Positions 57,116 through 60,349 of a stretch of 60,349 nt of DNA are shown in pieces (within the stretch, counting starts at the first letter, position 1; the number at the start of each line of letters is the position of its first letter). Origin of the DNA: Pseudomonadota bacterium (GTDB lineage: Bacteria; Desulfobacterota; Desulfobacteria; Desulfobacterales; JBDRRP01). Location of the stretch: NCBI GenBank assembly GCA_043825735.1, contig JBDRRP010000121.1, positions 62,001-122,349 of the forward strand. Direction: 5' to 3'. A model generated the notes under the pieces. The model made no database searches. It was given only the letters and a program-made list of their open reading frames with translations, and was not told the origin of the DNA. The position numbers were made by a program, and so were the translations under genes.

Positions 57116-59320
57116 TCATGGATTCGTAACACCACGTGAAAAATCATTAAAATAATCAACGTCTCTGACAATACGACCCGGGACGAGCAGCAATTCAACC
57201 AATGGGCGTATCTGTTGGACAAACCGGTTGGCACCACCCCAGCCACTTCTGGGGATATATATCAAATCACCATTAACCAAAACCATATTTTGAGTCTGGT
57301 CCCCTTCTTCGATCAGTGACTTCATATTGGCGATAAGTATTTGAGGATTGGCCGGATCGCCACGCACGACACGTGTTTCTTTTTCATCCGCAAAAACCGT
57401 TACACCACCAGCCTGGGAAATGACATCGAACACTCTGGCAGTATTCCCCTCAAAAGGATAGGCTCCGGGATTTGCAACTTCACCAAACACATACACTCTG
57501 TTTTCGGATTTTGTGATCATTGGTACGTAGATAAGATCACCATCGTCCAGTACCACATTCTGACTGAGATCTCCCTGATTCAACGCTTTATAAATATCCA
57601 GTCTCAGTGTTTGACCATTTTTCCGAGTCAATTTTATGGCGGCGAGATTGGCATCCTGGTGAAAGCCGCCTGAATCAGAAATAACATCGAGAATGGTCAT
57701 TTTCCCACTGAGTGCATAGCGCGCCCCTCCCCCCCGATTGCTACCGCCTAACGCACCGCTGATCGACACGAATTTACTGTTATATTCCTTAACATTAACG
57801 GCTGCTCGCGGGTTCCTGAAATACTTTGATAACTCTTCCTTTAATCTCTCGCTTGCTTGACTGACTGATAGCCCACTCACTCTTATTTTTTCTAGAAAAG
57901 AAATGGATATTGAGCCATCAGCTTCGACAAAAACATCGTCCTTATTGCTTTCAAGGCCTTTCCAAATTGTAACCGTCAGTACATCACCTGCTCCAATCCT
58001 GTATTCGGGAATCCCATTGAGCATCAAAAAAGCGCTATTCTCCTTTATGCCAGCAACTGTCGCTGTCGCAAGATCAGGCGAAGTCGACTCGCTTGGCAAA
58101 AGGCTTCGTTTCTCATTCAAAAAACCTTCCAAACGCCACACTTTGATACCTTCACCAAAACTTGCACAAAACACTTCCGCTTTACTATTCTTATCAAAGT
58201 CTGTAACTACCAAATCATAATGTGACCCGTAATCAGACAGCGGCTTTTTTTCATTCAACCACAGACCAGATCCATCCAGCGACCAGATTTGAACGCCCTT
58301 GCCATCCGGAGAAGTCAAAATAAGTTCAAAGCTGCCGTTATTGTTGGTATCAAAAGGCAGTACTTGCCAATAGCTGTCGACCGATTTTGATTTCTTGGAC
58401 CCGCCTTGAGCAGAAGCGGACTCTGGTCGGATAAAATTATCCAACTCGTTGAAATTTCCCAGACCGTCTCCTATAAATGTGCGCGGTCCGCCACGATGCG
58501 TCCCGACCAATATATCGCTGTTGCCATCGCGATTATAGTCAGCCAATGTCATCTTATAGAAACTACCAGTGGCTATTTTATACAAATCTTTCCACCCGCC
58601 ACGGCCATCCCCCAGCCAGACGATTAAGGCGCCTTCAACCCCCCATCCAGCTCCGGCGATATCAAGGAAACCGTCCTTGTTGAAATCATAGACAGCCACA
58701 TCAATGTAGGGTCCGTAGTTGGTCGGACCGGATTCTTTTGGCCAGTGCCCTGTGCCGTCCCCCAACCACACTTGAATACCGTTCTGCACGCCGCTCAATG
58801 TGCCATTTGCTGCGACAATGTCCAAGTTACCGTCCATATTGATGTCTGCGGTACCGACACCATAATATGTGCCTATCTCTACAGGACTCGCGATTTGATA
58901 CCAACGCCGACCGCCGCTGTTCTTCCAAACCATCACGCCGGAAGATTCCCTCTGGGTACTGAGCACAATGTCTTTGAATCCATCGTTGTCAACATCTCCC
59001 AATGCTACCGAACGCACATCACCTTTAAATGGAAGAAACAATGGCCGTGATACCGCGCCATCACCAAGACCGTACCAGATGGCAACTGATACCGGAGCGC
59101 TGGCACCACCGACGATATCCAGATTGCCGTCATTGTCCAAGTCATCCACCGCCAATGTCCGATAATTACCGGAAGACGGAAGAGATGAAAAATTGCCTGG
59201 TGCGATATTAACAGACTCCGCCATTGCGGGTTTCTTCGCCTGGGGCGGTATTGGCTGGCATGCCATCGCGCCAAAGACGAAGCACCAGATACAAAACATT
59301 ATACAGCTCAAGGATTTCAT
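57116..59320 (-). CDS. polysaccharide export (Wza-like) lipoprotein with N-terminal FG-GAP/VCBS repeats
   Basis: Lipobox AMAC; seven DxxxDG/N-type repeats; EYRIGAGDVL export domain; two SLBB domains (VYVFGEVANPG, GDLIYVP/GDLIYIP). Confidence 0.88.
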   Translation of the reverse strand: MKSLSCIMFCIWCFVFGAMACQPIPPQAKKPAMAESVNIAPGNFSSLPSSGNYRTLAVDDLDNDGNLDIVGGASAPVSVAIWYGLGDGAVSRPLFLPFKGDVRSVALGDVDNDGFKDIVLSTQRESSGVMVWKNSGGRRWYQIASPVEIGTYYGVGTADINMDGNLDIVAANGTLSGVQNGIQVWLGDGTGHWPKESGPTNYGPYIDVAVYDFNKDGFLDIAGAGWGVEGALIVWLGDGRGGWKDLYKIATGSFYKMTLADYNRDGNSDILVGTHRGGPRTFIGDGLGNFNELDNFIRPESASAQGGSKKSKSVDSYWQVLPFDTNNNGSFELILTSPDGKGVQIWSLDGSGLWLNEKKPLSDYGSHYDLVVTDFDKNSKAEVFCASFGEGIKVWRLEGFLNEKRSLLPSESTSPDLATATVAGIKENSAFLMLNGIPEYRIGAGDVLTVTIWKGLESNKDDVFVEADGSISISFLEKIRVSGLSVSQASERLKEELSKYFRNPRAAVNVKEYNSKFVSISGALGGSNRGGGARYALSGKMTILDVISDSGGFHQDANLAAIKLTRKNGQTLRLDIYKALNQGDLSQNVVLDDGDLIYVPMITKSENRVYVFGEVANPGAYPFEGNTARVFDVISQAGGVTVFADEKETRVVRGDPANPQILIANMKSLIEEGDQTQNMVLVNGDLIYIPRSGWGGANRFVQQIRPLVELLLVPGRIVRDVDYFNDFSRGVTNP

Positions 59321-60120
59321 CTTGATATGTCCGCTACGGCGATATTGACGATTTTTTTATTGATATTGACGGCTTTTCGCATCATCCCCATCAGCAGGCT
59401 GCGTTCACAAACGTTATTGATGCGAAGTGGTATTCCCTTGCTGAAGGCATAGATTGGCGGGATCGCGTCTTTGGTGAAGATCCCGCGACTGGCGCCGGCG
59501 TGCTTCAAGCGGTACAGGATGTAACGCATGGTATCTCGCTCATCCAAGGGCTTGAGATCAAATTGAATGGCGATTCGCTCTTTCAGGGGTTTCATCAGTT
59601 TCAGATTTCCTGCTAACGGCGGTTGCCCCATCAGGATCAGGGTCAACAGGAATTGGTTGTTATGCTGCAAATTGAGCAGCATCCGCAGTTCTTCAAGGAT
59701 GGGTTTATCTCTTACGAGGTGGGCTTCATCAATAACAAGGATCGTCTTTATGTCTTGGGATGCATTCTGAATCAACCGCTCATTCAATTGATCCAGAACC
59801 ACTGATTTGGATGCGTCTTGGGCGGTATCCACGCCCAGCTTCATTAAAACAGCGCGAAGAAAATCCACCGGTTCAAGCGATGGGTTGACGAGCGTTACAA
59901 CTTCATATCCGTCCATATTAAGGTAATCGTAAAGCACCCTGCTGATGGTGGTTTTACCTGCCCCGACCTCTCCGGTGAGCACGGCAAGCCCCTTGGAATG
60001 CTCGACCGCATATACCAATCTCAACAGCGCTTCTTCGTGTTGGGACGATCGATAGAAGAACTCCTGAGACGGCACGTTGTCAAATGGCTGTCGCTGTAAT
60101 CCCCAGTAGCTGGTGTACAT
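59317..60120 (-). CDS. ExeA/GspA-family AAA+ ATPase
   Basis: MYTSYWGL..PF, TGEVGAGKT, LVIDEAH, LMGQP, GIPLRINNVC. Confidence 0.93.
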   Translation of the reverse strand: MYTSYWGLQRQPFDNVPSQEFFYRSSQHEEALLRLVYAVEHSKGLAVLTGEVGAGKTTISRVLYDYLNMDGYEVVTLVNPSLEPVDFLRAVLMKLGVDTAQDASKSVVLDQLNERLIQNASQDIKTILVIDEAHLVRDKPILEELRMLLNLQHNNQFLLTLILMGQPPLAGNLKLMKPLKERIAIQFDLKPLDERDTMRYILYRLKHAGASRGIFTKDAIPPIYAFSKGIPLRINNVCERSLLMGMMRKAVNINKKIVNIAVADISR

Positions 60121-60220
60121 GGCCGTTCTCTTTCCATAGCGACGTTGCCGATCGCTAAAAATCCTTCGCTAAGCAGAAATCCGTATTCACCGCAGAGGCG
60201 CAGAGATTAAGGTTAAAAAT

Positions 60221-60349
60221 ATCCGCTTCTCAATGAAGCACCAGTTTAGCGCTAAAGACCGGTGTCCCCAATGACATTGTGATCACCACGGAGTCACGGA
60301 GGGCACGGAGAAACTCAAAAGCAGTTGATTTTGATTATAAAATCTCCGT
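60221..60349 (+). repeat. CACGGAG-type palindromic repeat (truncated by window end)
   Basis: Aligns with 50531-50660: CCAGTTT..TGTCCCCAA..ATCACCACGGAGTCACGGAG..AAAATCTCCGT. Confidence 0.8.

Overview
Bacterial chromosomal window, mostly GC-rich. Gene content and intergenic repeat types suggest a Desulfobacterales-like deltaproteobacterium (inference). The housekeeping backbone comprises ftsK, rnj, a ferredoxin, tmk, surE, lptD, an IHF/HU gene, holB, a PSP1/RicT gene, metG, pyrG, eno and a U32-family gene. Less ordinary content: (i) a cysteine synthase fused to a degenerate cysteinyl-tRNA synthetase; (ii) a NusG paralogue ahead of a long co-oriented run that ends in kdnA-kdnB (8-amino-Kdo) and an oversized GlmS-like gene; (iii) a ~16.6 kb accessory locus (28.4-45.0 kb), the best candidate for an undescribed system, in which a ~3350-aa secreted DUF11/dockerin/C25-peptidase protein with a sigma28-type promoter is followed by PqqD/RRE, radical SAM/SPASM, a 62-aa YxxP-leader Cys-containing precursor peptide, a GNAT-like protein, an HPr-kinase-like protein and an S24/S26 peptidase, with a divergent nucleotidyltransferase; (iv) a visibly AT-richer Wzy/Wzc/Wza/ExeA polysaccharide locus whose Wza carries a 7-repeat FG-GAP propeller. 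Many intergenic spaces hold palindromic REP/MITE-like repeats of several families, one showing compensatory base changes. No rRNA, tRNA, CRISPR array or transposase was seen. All family assignments come from motif reading, not database searches.
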